A stretch of DNA of 62,364 bases, counting the filler, from Basidioascus undulatus (Eukaryota): NCBI GenBank assembly GCA_000826855.1. It is 17 parts of 17 records of this genome, joined end to end, with 100 filler letters (N's around TTAATTAATTAA, not from the genome) between each part and the next. Parts side by side here need not be neighbours in the genome. Positions count along the whole stretch, not along the records: positions 19,814 to 42,711 come from JTLS01000280.1; 16 more parts are not named here. The stretch is one strand, 5' to 3'. The position numbers and the translations under genes were made by a program. Below are positions 23,591 to 37,900 of this stretch, piece by piece (the first letter of the stretch is position 1; every line of letters starts with the position of its first letter). The notes beneath the pieces are model-generated. The model made no database searches. It worked only from the letters and a program-made list of their open reading frames with translations, and was not told where the DNA came from.

Positions 23591-23980
23591 TCCTTTTGCT
23601 TCCTTCCTTGTGCTCCAAATCAGTCCGTGCAAGGCCGCAAACAACTGCAGATCATGAAACACTTCCCTTTTATCCGCTGAACAACGCAGAACCTGGTCAC
23701 TGCAACACTGCATGCCAGATATCAGAGCTCTAACCGCCGATGCCTTTGGCGTTAGAGCTTGTTTTCCAGCGAAGGACCTGCCCAGCACTGACCACTATAC
23801 CGGCAGTCTCTGTGGTGCACTTGCCAACCTCGGCCATGGGACTATTGAGAGTTTGATCCAGCAGCCTGTTCTCAGTTTGTTGCAGTCTACAGCTGTTCGG
23901 CGCGCGCAGGCAGGGCAGACAGAAGGGACATCCTCCGACTTTCAAAAGCCATTTACGGGCAGGGCTGACCGTCGTAATCG

Positions 23981-25700
23981 CTATGCAAATTCCTCTTTCT
24001 GGAGCGCGAACAGCTCGACGTACCGCCGGTTGAGCTGCAGCAGCTCTACATGTGTCCCGTACTCCACGATCGTCTAGGATGTTCTGAGCGGCGGTCTTCA
24101 GGATAAGGAGGCGGGTTAGTACCGTCCTGTCCAGGCGTGGGGTGAACCTCTCTTACCCAAGGCCAGAAGCCGCTGTATTCCTGAAAAATGGTTGTGGTGC
24201 CTTTGTGGCTGACGAAGGAAAAAAATCAGCATTCACCGAAGAGAGCGTGGATATGAGGGCTCATAACACGCACAGGTCAAAGGAAGCGTACTGCCTGGCA
24301 TCGACGCCGTTGATGAAGAGTTCTCCATCACCATGATCCCCGCTGCGATGTGCAAGTCTTCAGTTCGAAACCCTCGCTGAAACCCTGGCCGAAAGGGGAA
24401 TCTCGCAGCGCACACTCTCACGAGCGAGAATTGCGAGAGACTCTCCCGGTGCGATAGACAGGTTGACGCCGTGAAGAGCGTGCTTCTCAGAGCCTGTATG
24501 TTCTTAAGCAGTCAGCTTTCGGTTCCCGGAGACGAGGTATGCCAACTTGCCGGGATACGTGAACGAAAGGTTCCTTCGCCATGCATCAGTTCCAAGTCGC
24601 GCATAGGCTACAGCGAGCGGCACACCTTGCTTCGAGACTCATGCCCTTGCGTCCGTCGGAACCGCTAGCCGTGGCGTAGGCCGTTTTGTCGGCTGGTCCG
24701 CGCATGACTCCATCCCTTCTGAGGGCGGCTTCCAAGAAAGCCTTCGCTTCAAGACAGCCCGCAGCGCGGTGACAAAGTCCCTCTGCGCGCTATTGGCGAG
24801 GTTGACAAGAACCAATGCGGTTGATTGAAAGAGACCGATTGAGCCCCAAGGGAAGTCCGTTCAGCTCTGTGAACAATCTTCAGGTCACAGGAGCGCCATA
24901 CTTACCGAACGAGACGGTCGAGGAGAACGTATGGGATGTCAGGAGGATGTAGAACAGCATGTTCATCGCCGAGGAGACAGTGGGAGCCCCGAGAACCGGG
25001 AGATCGAAGCCGTTGAGAAGCTTAAGCGTAGTACCGGTCTTCTTCCTGCCTTCCCGATACTGTCTGACAGTTTTGGGGACACAACCGTTGCATGTTCAAG
25101 GAGAACGATGCAGACCAGTGTCTCCGAACAGCACGATTCGAGTAGGCTGCAACGGTGGTAAGTCCCGAGCGATCTGATTGCACGAGCTCCTGTTAGCTTT
25201 ACGGGCCGCAATCACTTACGTTGCAGAGAACCGACGGCGCCTGGTATTCGGACACCCAGAGGTCAGGTATGAAGGGCAGTTTGAATTGACAGCGGAGAGA
25301 GAGAGATAGTTACCAGTTCTGCGTCAGGGTTGCGTGAGCGAATCCGAGTTATTGTGCGAGGTTTGGGGAAACGTCGTTCCGCTGTTGATCGCACAGACAC
25401 GACCCAGGGCGGCAAGCACGAAAGATTTGAGACGTTTATAGTTCTGCGGGAAGGATACTCACTCATTCAGCACATGCGCTAGGCGCACCACTGAAAGCAG
25501 GCTGTCCGAGCGACTGCCCGCACTGCCTTCCTTGCATACGTGCTGAACTGTCTGGTCGGGACGCGAGACCAATTGACGGTGGTTCGACACGACTGGGCTA
25601 CATGTGAAAACTTATGACTCACGCACTAGCTCTTGGACTGACAGATGAGCCTAACTCGAACGAAGAATAATGAAGACGCGGCGAAATTCAAGCTCGTCGG
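23981..25700 (-). pseudogene. ABC transporter (MsbA/HlyB-like half transporter) relic
   Basis: Spliced fragments GMSLEAR|NLSFTYP|GSEKHALHGVNLSIAPGESLAIL, GELFINGVDARQY and IVEYGTHVELLQLNRRYVELFALQKEEFA-stop. Walker A, signature and Walker B are not found. The 5' limit is approximate. Confidence 0.7.
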
Positions 25701-26412
25701 ATTGTTGAAACTCATCCCCGTTTGACTGCACTCGTGTACTCAGTCTGGCCTCGGGTCAACTTGAAGGTTACTACTGCGATGTGTGAGGGTCCGACGTGCC
25801 AAAATATGCATACCGCTCTCTGAACGATGCCAATGGGAACGAAAACTGACAACATTGGACCTCGTTGGACTTGGATGGACCTCGAGCTTGAGGAGGAGGA
25901 ACGGCGGCCGCGATGATCTGCAGCATGGCCAGAAACACTGCCCACATCCCCACATCAAGATGTCGCTTCCAATTGAGATGTTGAAGTTCAGCGACCCGAG
26001 GTGCCCGTCTTGCATGCTCTTCGCGGCACTTTGAGCGATCTGGCCTGATCCAACGGCGCACACCTTGACAGAATCACATGCAAATTCTCCTCCAGAACCA
26101 AGAGCTCCTTCAGAACCAAGTGGCCGGCATCTGCCCTCGCCGTTTTTAAGACACGTGCGATGGGATGGCGCCCAAAGCGCGAGACGCGCGAAAAAGTCGT
26201 TGGCGGTCGCGGCGCGCCCTGTGCTGGCGGCCGCTGCTCGGCTGACACTCTGCTGGCCTTCTCTCCTCCTGCGTCCGGACCACCACGACCAGCCCCATCG
26301 CACTACTTTTTCACCCTTCACACTCTCTTTGGACACTCACTATCGGCCCCAGTTCCATCTTATATTTACTTTCTCCTTTCCTATTCTGCCGTTCGACGTA
26401 CCTTTAATCATC

Positions 26413-27990
26413 ATGGCCCCGACGCCCATCTACAACCTCGTCGCCTCCCTCGGCGACGTCCTCCCGCCCGCGCTGCACCCCTCCAAGTACCTGCTTCAGT
26501 ACACGTCTGGCGAGACCCCCCTGTCGACCCTCCCCGAGGTCGCCATCGCCATCGCGACGTACCTCGCCATCATCTTCTCCGGCCGCGAGCTCATGAAGGG
26601 CCGCCAGCCCATCAAGCTCAACACGCTCTTCCAGATCCACAACATCATCCTCACCCTCGGCTCGGGCCTCCTGCTCGCGCTCATGCTTGAGGAGATTGTT
26701 CCCATTGTCTGGGAGCACGGCTTCTTCTACGGCATCTGCAACACCGGCGCGTGGACTTCTGTGAGTCGTTTCCGGTGCCAGGCAGTCAGAGCGCGTTTGG
26801 GAGATGGGATAGGTGGCCGAAGATGGGGGGAGCTGCGGCAATCGCGGACCTGGAGCTGCTTCGTGTTCCTTTGTTCCGTGATCAACGTGGTTAACAGAGC
26901 ATCCGGTCGCATGCTCACCGTTCCCTTTCGCTTCGCAGCACCTCGAAACCTACTACATTGTCAACTACTACTTCAAGTACTTGGAGCTTCTCGACACCGT
27001 TTTCCTTGTTCTCAAGAAGAAGCCGCTCGGTGCGTGTTGGTACGACTCCATCGGCGACGCGTAATTGACCCGCCTGCTACGCCAGCCTTCCTGCACGTCT
27101 TCCACCACGCCGCGACCGCCGCGCTCTGCTTCACCCAGCTCGAGGGCCGGACGTCGGTTTCGTGGGTCGTGATTGTGCTCAACCTTGGTGTGCACGTTTG
27201 CATGTGTAAGCGCACCCTTCGAACCTCTTCTCTTCCCTGTTCCCCTCATTCAAGCCTTCCTGTCCCGCAGACTACTACTACTATGCCACTGCTGGCGGCC
27301 GCAAGATCTGGGTCAGCTTTCGTGATTTTGCCCAGGATGTGCTCAAGTGCTGACGGGAGAGGCACGGGCGAACAGTGGAAGCGCTACCTTACCACCATGC
27401 AGATCACCCAGTTCATTATCGACCTCTTCGTCGTTTACTTCGCAAGCACGTTCCTTCTCCTTTCGCGCTATTACCCCCGCCCTCGTCCGAGCCCATTCCC
27501 TTATGTGTCCTCGTGGCGGGGAGCCAAGGCTCCGGCCTTACTGACCCACACCCGTTTCTTGCCTTGCCCTCACACAGCCTACTCGCACGTCGCGTTCGTC
27601 TACTTCCCCGAGCTTCCCCACATCGACGATTGCGCCGGCACTGAGGGCGCCGCCGCTGCTGGCTGCGCGCTCCTCACGAGCTACCTCTTCCTGTTTATTG
27701 CGTAAGTTGTTCAGCGCGTCTACCAAAACCGAGAATGTTGCTGACACGCTCGGCGTGCAATCGCAGGTTCTACATCAAGACTGTACGTACCGCTTGTCTT
27801 GGGAGCAGCTGGGGACTATTGCTGATGCCAGAAATCGGACGTGGGACAGTACAAGAACCCCAGCACCAAGGGCGCTGCCAAGGTTACCAAGGCCGTCACC
27901 ACCGCCGCGACGGTCGGTGTCAAGCCGGACGCGAACAAGCTCACGTCGACCGCCAACAACGGCTCGGTCAACCCCGTCAAGGGCGAGTAA
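26413..27990 (+). CDS. Fatty-acid elongase (GNS1/SUR4/ELO family), complete, multi-exon
   Basis: NYYFKYLELLDTVFLVLKKKPL, FLHVFHH (HxxHH), LNLGVHVCM|YYY, TTMQITQFIIDL and SYLFLFI; stop at 27988-27990. Confidence 0.96.
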
Positions 27991-28968
27991 GCGTCTTCCG
28001 CTGCTCCGCACGGCGATGGAATGGAGGTGGGTTGGGGGTCGTGTTGAGGGGGGGGTCGGAAGGGGGGTCAGCTGGCGGGACGATGTGAAGATAGAGGGTT
28101 GGGCAAGGGTTGGGACTTCCAGGGGATATACAACTTTTTCGCTTTTCATTTTCACCTTCAGTCCCTGGCGCGTATTCGTCTTCGTGCACAATCTTATCAG
28201 CGCAAGCCTGCGCTAGTCGTTTTAACACTCGCATTTTCGCTTCGCGCCGCGCTCGCTATGGTTGCGTCGGCTTGTGTTCAAGTGTTCTTTCTACTTTTCC
28301 TTCAACTCACACGCGCTTAATCACAGTTTCTCTTCTACTTTTCACTTCATTGCACATTCATTATCTGCTGCATTGCTTCGATGATGTGGGTCTTGGGCTT
28401 GATGGATATCCAGGATGAAGCGCACTCGTTTGAATGATCTGTGTTGGACGACCAGGCGCCTGTTTGCATACTGGGATAACATTCGAAGAGCATGTGCACA
28501 TCGACACTGCTCTCCATCATTGACGCAGAGGAGAGGTGCCAACCAAGTGCCGACCGCGGCGCCGCTGCTCGCGACTGTACCGACTGTACCGAAGTCCAAT
28601 GGCAGCTTCATTTTCTTGTGCTCCAGCCCGACATCGATGTCTCTGTATTTCTGTTGGTGTGATGTAGAGAATCTTTATGTGGGCAAATTATCTGATGCAA
28701 CAGCAAAAGCATGGCTGAGGGTTCTGACTTTGGAGAGGCACGCCGACTTGCCGCAGCGAAATGACGTTTTCATCATGGAGCAGCGCAGCGCGCGAGCGCG
28801 TTGAACGCAGTTCAGGGCGGGCCGGCTTGATCGACCACGGCAACAATCTCCTCTGCCACTTTCGCCTGCACCGAGGTGCATACACCCAATTCTACGCCCA
28901 ACTGCTTACGTTCTATACGAAACAACGCCCCCAAATTCGAGATCGCTGCCCGTCGACGCTAGCCCGCT

Positions 28969-31900
28969 ATGCTCGAGTCGGTGGTAGCGGGCGTGAGTCG
29001 TCTGCCCTCCAGCCATGCCGCCCCATCTCCCGCTCATTTCGGGCGTACCCTTCACAGCTGCTCAACCGCTTCCTAGCGGCGTACGTCGACAACCTAAACA
29101 CCTCGCAGCTCAATATCGGCATCTGGTCCGGCGACGTCAAGCTCAAAAACCTCCGCCTCAAGAAGGAGGCCCTCGACAAGTTCCGGCTCCCGATAGACGT
29201 CGCCGAGGGCTACCTCGGCGACCTCACACTGAGCATACCCTGGAGCAACCTCAAGGGCAGACCTTGCCGGGTGCTGGTGGAGAATGTGTATCTTCTCGCC
29301 AAGCCGGCGGGTTCGAGCAAGGTGCGTCGTCTCGGACAGTCTGGAGGAGGAGGCAGTGTGCCCTAGTAGACTGATGCTGGACTGGGAACGGGCCACAGTT
29401 CGACCCGGAGGAGGACGCTCGGAGGGCGCAGCAGGTCAAGCGGGAGAAACTGGAGAACTCGGAGCTCTTGCTGTCGGCTAAGGGTGCGGCGGGCATGTCG
29501 GCTGGTATGTCAATCTGCCGTTCAGCTAGGAGCGGAGGCAACACTCACCAGGGAACTGCGGAACGCAGAGGAGGAGCGGAAGAACCAGTCGTTCGCGACC
29601 TCGCTCGTCACCAAGATCCTCGACAACCTCCAGGTCACCGTCCGCAACATCCATGTTCGCTATGAGGACAACCTCTCCTGCCCCGAGGCACGCCGCTTCA
29701 TCAATCTCCGATGTTCAGCCGTCGAGCTGACGGTTTATTGCCCTTTCCCAGCGCCCCTTCTCGGCCGGTATCACTCTCGCTGAGTTCTCCGCCGTCTCCA
29801 CCGACGGCAACTGGGTCCCCACCTTCATCAACGACTCGGTCGACGGGATCCACAAGCTCGCGAAGCTCGAGAGCCTCGCGGTCTACTGGGACACGGAATC
29901 GGAGAGCCTGGAGGGATATGGGATCGACGAGGCTATTAGGAAGTTTACTGAGCTGGTGAGTATCTTCTGCCTGGGTGCGATGTTCTGAACTACGCTGAAG
30001 ACTGGCTTCGTCCTACAGATCGCGAAGAAGGACAACATCCCGAAACATCAATTTATTCTGAAACCTGTCACCGGAGAGGGCAGGGCAAGTTGTCTCAGCG
30101 GCGGTATGGCATCCCGTACTGACGAAAGTGTCCACACAGCTCGTGATGAACCACCAAGCTTCGGCTTCCACGCCCAAGCTCGACCTCGAGCTGCTCTTTG
30201 ACGAGATTGGCTTCGCCGTCGACGGCGAGCAGTACAGCGACGCTCTCCTCATGCTCGACCTCTTCCACTTCTACATCCGCCAGTCCCAATATCGCGCGCT
30301 TCGCCCGCCGCCGGAGGAGATCGCCGAGAACAAGCCACGCGCGCTGCTCAAGTTCGCGGGCAAGGCGATCCTGAACGAGGTGCACGAGCGGGCGCGGAGA
30401 TGGAGCTGGGCGTACTTTGCCGAGCGCAGGGACGACCGCAAGCGCTACGTCGAGCTGTACAAGACCAAGAAGCACGCCGAGGAAGCTTCAACTCAGTCCG
30501 CGCCGCAGGTAAGAAGGCTCAATGCTGGTCTATGGGGAAGAATCAAGCTCTGACTTGCCGCCGTCCAGGACGCCGAGGATCTCGCCGCGCTCGAGCGCAA
30601 GCTCTCGTACGAGGACATCCGATTCTACCGCTCTATTGCGCGGTCCGAGCTGCGCAAGGAGCGTGCGGCGCGCAAGGAGACGAGCGCGCCCGAGAAGGCG
30701 CCTACGAGCTCGGGCGGATGGCTCAGCTGGATTTGGGGCAACGGCGGCAACGCGAACGCGGACTCGCCCTCGGCCGAAGACCAGTCGACGGTGCTCAACG
30801 AGGAGCAGCTCAAGGAGCTCTACGACGCGATCGAGTGGGACGAGAAGACGGCGGTCGCCAGCGCGATCGACCTCCCGCGGGACGCGCTCAAGATGCGCGT
30901 CGCCGCCAAGCTGAACACGGGCTCGTTCGCGCTCCGCAGCGACCGGCAGGGCCGAGACGTCGTCTCGCTCGTCTTCGACGCCTTCGCCGCGGACATCCTC
31001 CAGCGGCCGGATAACCTCGAGGCGGCCCTCACGCTGGGCGGCTTGCGCGTGTATGACGGCACGACGCCCGGCACGCTCTACCCGCAAATCGTCCGCGTCA
31101 AGGGCGCGTCGGACGACGGCCAGGCCGCCGTCGACCCCGACAACCCGTTCTTCTACCTGAAGTTTGAGAACAACCCGCTCGACGAGCGCGCAGACAACGC
31201 CGTCACGCTCAGGATGCGTCACGTCGAGGTCTTCTACCATCGCGGCTATGTCGAGGAGATCGTCCGCTTCTTCAAGCCGCCCGAGAGCCGCCTCGAGTCG
31301 ATCAACGCCCTCATCGTGAGTGTCTGTGCGCTCCCAACCATCTTCCATGAAGCTGATCTCCTGCATTCGCTCTACAGGACGTCGCGAGCGAGTCGCTCGA
31401 CGCGATCCGCAAGCAGACCCGGGCCGGGTTCGAGTACGCGCTCGCGCAGCATCGCACGGTCGACCTCCGCGTCGACATGAACGCGCCCATCATCATCCTC
31501 CCCGAGGACGTCACGACCCGAACGTGCCAGCATATGGTGCTCGATGCCGGTCACATCGCCGTCGAAAGCGACCTCGTCGACAAGGACGCGCTGCAGGAGG
31601 TCCGCGCGAAACAGAACCAGCAGTACAGCGAGGACGACTGGAAGCGGCTCGAGAGTCTGATGTACGACAAGTTCTTCTTGAAGCTCAAGGCTGCCCAGGT
31701 AAGGTGAAAATGCATTGCTCTTTATCGGTTCCCGCTGAATCCGCGACGTTCCCTCCTCAGCTGCTCATCGGCAACGACCTGGACACGTGTCTCCGCGCAC
31801 TCGAACGCAACTCGCACGACGCCGACCTCCCTGAGCTCCACCTCGTCGAGAAGATCAACATCGACCTCTCGGTGCATAACTCGATCCTCGCGAGCGCGCC

Positions 31901-34900
31901 GAACCTCGCGCGCTTCAAGGTCGCCGGGCAGCTGCCGACGCTCAAGGTTAACATCTCCGACCGCAAGTACCAGAGCATGATGCGCATCATCGACGTCGCG
32001 ATCCCGCACTTCGACGACGGCGGCGACAGCAGCGGCGCGGCCAAGGGCGAGCAGCTAATGCGGCCTGAGCTGCAATCCACGCGCTCCGGCCGTCTCTTCG
32101 GCGCTGTCGACGAGGAGTACGGTGTCGATCTCGACGAGAGCCGGGCGGGAAGCGTCATCGGCGGCGGCGACGAGGAGGACGACGCAGAGGACGATACGGC
32201 GGACACGTTCTTCGAGGCGCCCGAAGCTGAGGTCACCGACGATGGGGTCAGTCCAAAGTTCGTACTTTCTGCGGTGGATATTTAGCTCAATTTGGTGTGT
32301 TCAGCACGTCAACTACCGCCAGCGGATATTCCAGCTCGACTTCCGCGTCGACAAGCTGCAAGCCAGCCTCTTCCGCACCGGGCCGGATGGCTCGGAGCGC
32401 TCGCTCGCCGACGCCGTCGTCGAGGGCTTCTCGCTCGGCTTCGCTCTGCGTCAATTCGACATGAGCGCCGACGTGCTTCTTCGGTGAGTGATGCTCAGTC
32501 GCCGACCCGGTGGATCCGGCTGACACTCGACGCCATCAGGTCGCTTTCCGTCGCCATGGTCGAGAATGGCGTGCAACAACCGCCGCTGATCACGTCCGAG
32601 AAGGTCGATCCGCGCAGCTCCTCCCCGCACAGCGAGGAGCTCGTACGCGTCAAGTACGCGCGCGTTCAGCCCGAGTCGCCCGAGTACATGACCGTCCACG
32701 AGGGCATCGACCAGAGCGTCGAGACCGAGCTGTCGACCATCAACATCCACGCGACGCCAGGGCCGATCCTCGAGCTCTACGCCTTCATCATGGAGACGTT
32801 CGTGCCCAAGACGCCGCCGCCGACGCCGCCGAAGTCGCCCGACGAGTCGGACCAGCCGGTCGAAGTCGCGGAGCCGGAGCCCAGCTCGGGCAAGATCAGG
32901 GTCAAAGTGAAGCTGACGAGTATCGTCTGTAAGTTTTCGCGGCGATTGGGGGCCCCACGAATTCCGGACAGTGGCTGACACATGTTCACTACAGTGATCC
33001 TCGACGACGGCGGAACACGCTTGGCTACGCTGGTCCTGTCCGCTGGCGATGTCGCGCTCCTCCTCCGCGGTCCCACCCTCCGCTTGGGCGCGCACATCGG
33101 AGGTCTCTCGATCTCCGATGACTCCGACGAGCGCTACGAGGACCCATCCTTCAAGCAGATTCTCTCCATCGAGGGGGACGAGCTCGCCGACTTCCGCTAC
33201 GAGACGTTCGATCCGCACGACGCAGAGACCTACCCCGGCTACAACTCGTCCGTCTTTCTCCGCACGGCGTCGCTCAAGTTTACCTTCAACGAGCGTCCCG
33301 TCCGCGACCTGTACCGCTTCCTCATCAAGTTCGCGCGCCTGAAGGCGCTGTACGACGCAGCCAGCCAGGCCGCTGTCGGCGCGGCGTCCGAGGTCCAGCG
33401 CATGCAGTATGACATCGTCGTGCGCAGTCCGATCCTCGTAGTGCCCATGGACGGCGCGAACAGGCGCGACTCGCTCGTACTGCGCCTCGGCGAGGGTATC
33501 GCCAAGAACTCCTTCTCCGGCAAGGGGCCCGGCGACATCCAGAAGATCAGCGCCGGCTTGCACGGCGCGAGGCTGACGTCGAAGACGGAGGATGAGGGCG
33601 CGCTCGAGGACCTGCCCATCCTCGACAACGTCAACTTCGACTTCGACATCACGCAGCTGGACGAAGTGGACAACGACGAGAACAAGCGGCACGCCAGCAT
33701 GGAGGTATGTGGTTCGCATTGCCAAGTTATGGAATCCAGCTCACCTTTTTGTGTTACTTCAGATTCACGGCATCATGTCGGATGTCAAGGTCGCGCTCAC
33801 CCAAACGCAATACGTCTCGCTGTACAACCTCTCGCAGTCGATACCCCGCGTACTCGCGAGCGAGGAGGGTGCGCAAGGCGAAGCCGACGAAGCCGTCCCG
33901 CCGATCCCAGTAGTCCGTTCGCCGGGCTCTGCTGAGGGCGGAGACGTGGTGCAGCGCGTGTCGGTCGACCTTAATCCCGAGCTCGGCGAGCCGGTCGCGG
34001 CGGACGGGCGAGCAGTGGACGTCTGGACGACGCTCGAGTTCACCTTCGGCGTCCAAACGGTCTCGATGGACCTCTACACGGCGGACGCGACTTCGCCGCG
34101 CAAGTTCAAGTCGAGCAGCATCGCGCAGTTCTCGCTCAACGACACGCGCGTCAAGTTCAAGCAGCTCTCCGACGCGGCGATGGAGGCCGAGGTGACGCTC
34201 AAGTCGCTGCGCATGGACGACACGCGGCCGAACAAGGCAACGAAGTTCCGCCAGCTCATCCCCCCGGCGGCGCACGACGGGCACCAGCTCATGATCCACT
34301 ACACGGCCGATCCCGACCGTTCGGCTCTTGCGCTCGTCTCCGTCGACAGCCCGAAGATCATCTTCTCCATCGACCCGCTCTTCGCTCTCGTCGAGTTCTT
34401 CCTCGCCGCGTTTCCGCCTCCGCCGCCCGGAGAGGCGCCCGAACCCGCGCCCGAGACGGACGTGTCGGAGGAGCTCGAGCAGGCCAAGGAGCCGCAGTCC
34501 GGCGCTCTCGCGTACCGCGTCAACGTCGTCAACGCTAGCATCATCATCCTCGCTTCGGAGACGGACGCGTCTTCCGAGGCGATTGAGCTGTCCGTGAAGC
34601 AAGTCCTCATGTCTCAGCAGGTACATGTCACACTTCCCAAGCTCGTTGATCAGTTTTATGCTCACACTATGCGTTCCGCAGGGGATCGTGGCGCTCAAAG
34701 TCGATCGCCTCGGCATGTTCCTGTCCCGCATGGACCGTCCCAAGGACAAAGTCCGCTTCCTCGACAACTTCGACCTCACGCTCTCGCTCGACAGCCGCCA
34801 AGCCGCGGCAAAGCAGAAGACCAACATCGAGCTTCAAGTCGACCCGATCATCTTCCGCGCCTCGTACCGCGACATCATGCTCATCACGACCATCGTCAAC

Positions 34901-37900
34901 AAGGCGATCGAGCTCTCCACCAAGTCTCGAGGGCAGCCTCTGCCGGAGACCGAACCGGATCAAGCGAAGGACCTCATCGCGTCGACCAAGCCGAAAAGCG
35001 AGGCGACCTCCGCTCGGCGTCCTTCGCAAGTTTCGGGCAAGCCAAAGATCACGATCAGCCAGGAGCATGCACGCATTTTGCCGCCCATGGGTCATGGTCT
35101 CTGCTGACGAACGCCCGACCCTCGTATAGCTCAAGGCGACGATCGACAGCTTCCAAGTCATCCTCATCGGCGACGTGCACGAGATTCCCTTCCTGCACCT
35201 AACGTCGCGCAAGTTCTCTGTCGAGGTGGACGACTGGTCGGGCGAGGTGCGTATCGAGTATCTGGCATAGGAGTCACAGCCGCTCACATCCTCGCGACCG
35301 AACTTTTAGTTGAAGGCGCGCACGGCCATTCTGTCGTCCATCAACTACTTCAACCCGACCAACTCGCACTGGGAGCCCCTCATGGACCCCTGGGACTTCA
35401 CCGTCCGCGTGCGTGCATTTCCTCTGCCTGGTTCCTCGCTGTTGGGCGTCGCTTGCTGACTCTTGCGTTCACACAGGCCGAACGACTACCCGCGCCCGCC
35501 GGGATGAGCATCGCGCTCACATCCCGCAAGCGGCTCGAGTTCAACCTGACGTCGGCCTTCATCGAGCTCGCGCTGTTCACGTCGGCGATCCTGGGCAAGG
35601 AGGGCGAGCGCCTTCTTGAGAAGCCGCGCGGAGGCAGCGCGCCGTTCTTACTTCGCAACCGAACGGGCTACCCGATGCACGTATGGGCAACGCCCGAGCG
35701 GGATTCGAGCAGTAAAGCGATCAACATGCAGCGACTCGAGGACCAGAAGGAGATGCCGTGGCGCTTCGACGATCCGCGCACCCTTCGCGAGGTAAGCATC
35801 GAGCTTTCGTTGCGAAAACCACGTCTGACAGAGCCTTTCCTGAAGGACGTGCTGTCGGCGTCGGTCCACAACTCGCTCGGCGTTCAGCTGGAGGGCACCA
35901 AGTGGGAGCGGCTTTCTCGGGTCTCGGTCGATTGCGAAGGCGAGCACGTCTACGTGTTACGGCCCAAGCTCAACAAGGTCCTGCATCGCCTGGTCTGCGA
36001 CATCAAGCTTGTCGACAATGTCAAGATTGTCACCTTCCGCTCTTCTTGTGCGTCGCCATCCGCGATCCCATGTGCCCTCGGCCTCGGCTGACCAAGTGCC
36101 GATTCACAGACAAAGTCGAGAACCTCACGCTCGTTCCGATTGAACTCGTCATCATCGGGTCGAACGGAAAGCCAGCGTCGGCGGTGACCAAGATTCGTAA
36201 GCGAACTTGCGGATACACATATGGAAAGCGCTTACCGAGTTTTTGAATCAGCGCCCGGTGGCGACTGCGCACTGCCGATCGAGGCGGCCTACGAGCAAAG
36301 AGTCAAGTTCCGACCAGATCGTAAGCTTGAGCGCCTTGGTTAGGGAGCTGCCGCTGAACACCCTTGCGTTTCAGCCGGCTTCGAATATGCCTGGTCCACG
36401 GACAGCCTTTACTGGCAGGACCTCATCAAGAGACCGTCGCGCGCTATCACCTGTCGGCCGCATATCGCAGGAGACGCTCCGTTCCGCTTCCAAGCGCATA
36501 CCGATTTCGATCCGAACGATCCCGTATCGAAGTGAGTGCTTCTGCCGTTGACTTTGAGGATGTTGGCTGACGATCTCGCTGCAGGATCTACCCCAAGCTT
36601 ACGCTTCGACTCCGAGCACCGATCGAAGTGGAGAACCTGCTGCCCTACGACATCACGTATCGGTGAGTTCACAACTCATACGTCTGACCTGTTGAGAGAA
36701 GCTAAGCCGTCTCCGCAGCGTGTTCGACAAGAACACCAAGCAGGACTGTAGCTCATTCTTGCGATCTGGCGGAATCAGCCCACTTCATCTCCTCGAGCTG
36801 TCGCACCTCGTCTTGCTGAGCGTAGTCGTCCAGGACTCCGGTGCGTTACGCTCTTAGCTGGCACAAGCTAGCATTTTGCTGACGACAGTGCCCCACAGTC
36901 CTGAAGCCGAGCGAGTTCGCCATTATCAACACCGACAACCCGGACGATTTTCCGGTCGAAAATACCCTCGTCCTATCCGACCCGGAGGGCCTGAAGCTCA
37001 ACATCCGGATCCATTTATTGTGCGCTCATCTGACCGTTTCATAGAAGCACGACCGATCTGATAGTCGTCGCAAAAGCCGATACCCCAACTCGGGCGGCGC
37101 CTTCAAGGTGCAGATCTACAGCCCCTACGTCCTCTTCAACAAGACGGGCCTCGACTTTGCGCTGCGTTCGAAGGGTCTCCTCGGCGGAGGCAAAAATGTC
37201 GCAGGCCAAGATCTCTCTTCGGGTACGCGCGTCATTCGCACCGTCAGCGTGTCGTACTGACACTCAGCGGTCGTTTCGTGCAGCCAAGAGCCGACGGCGC
37301 GACACGGCGCCCTTCAGTACGTTTCCGGACCGCATTCTCCGGCGACACGGTTCTGATCCTGTGTTTGCAGTGTTCTCGCACAACAGCGACGATCGGCAGA
37401 AACGCTTCTTGCTGCGCGTGGGCGACTCTAACTGGTCACGGGTCAGTTGGTTCGGGTATCGTCGTCTACACACACCCACATAGTTGACATAACGCGAGGG
37501 TTTACAGCCGATCAGCTTCGACGTCGCTGGCGCTGATACCGAGGTCAAGATGCCGGCGCAAGGCAACGAGAACGTACACATCGGCATGAGCGTGGCGGAA
37601 GGGCTCGGCAAAGCACGCAGACGTTCTCGCTACGGTTCTCCGGACTTGGGCTGATGACTCCTCCACCTTTTTGCACCATCAGTACAAGCTCACGAAGGTC
37701 GTGGAGCTGCAACCTCGCTTCCTCATCAATAGCAAACTCGCCGAGCCGATCAACGTACGCGTCGACCGCTCCCCCGATTACCTCAACATCCGCCCTGGCG
37801 ATCGTACGGCACTGCACCGCCTGCGCGCCGTCGTGGAGGGCGAAAAGCACATGCTCAAGCTCGCGTATCCAGGATCGCAGGAATGGTACCTACAATTTAA

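Noticed and set aside
24257..24267. GGGCTCATAAC resembling a tRNA-iMet arm or a second copia PBS
   Set aside because: It lies just inside a GTGCGT-starting intron of the ABC relic, with no tRNA fold, LTR or gag nearby.
32451..34827. Long antisense ORFs (424 aa and 357 aa) over VPS13, and similar ones over other genes
   Set aside because: Shadow ORFs expected from very high GC3 codon usage on the true coding strand.
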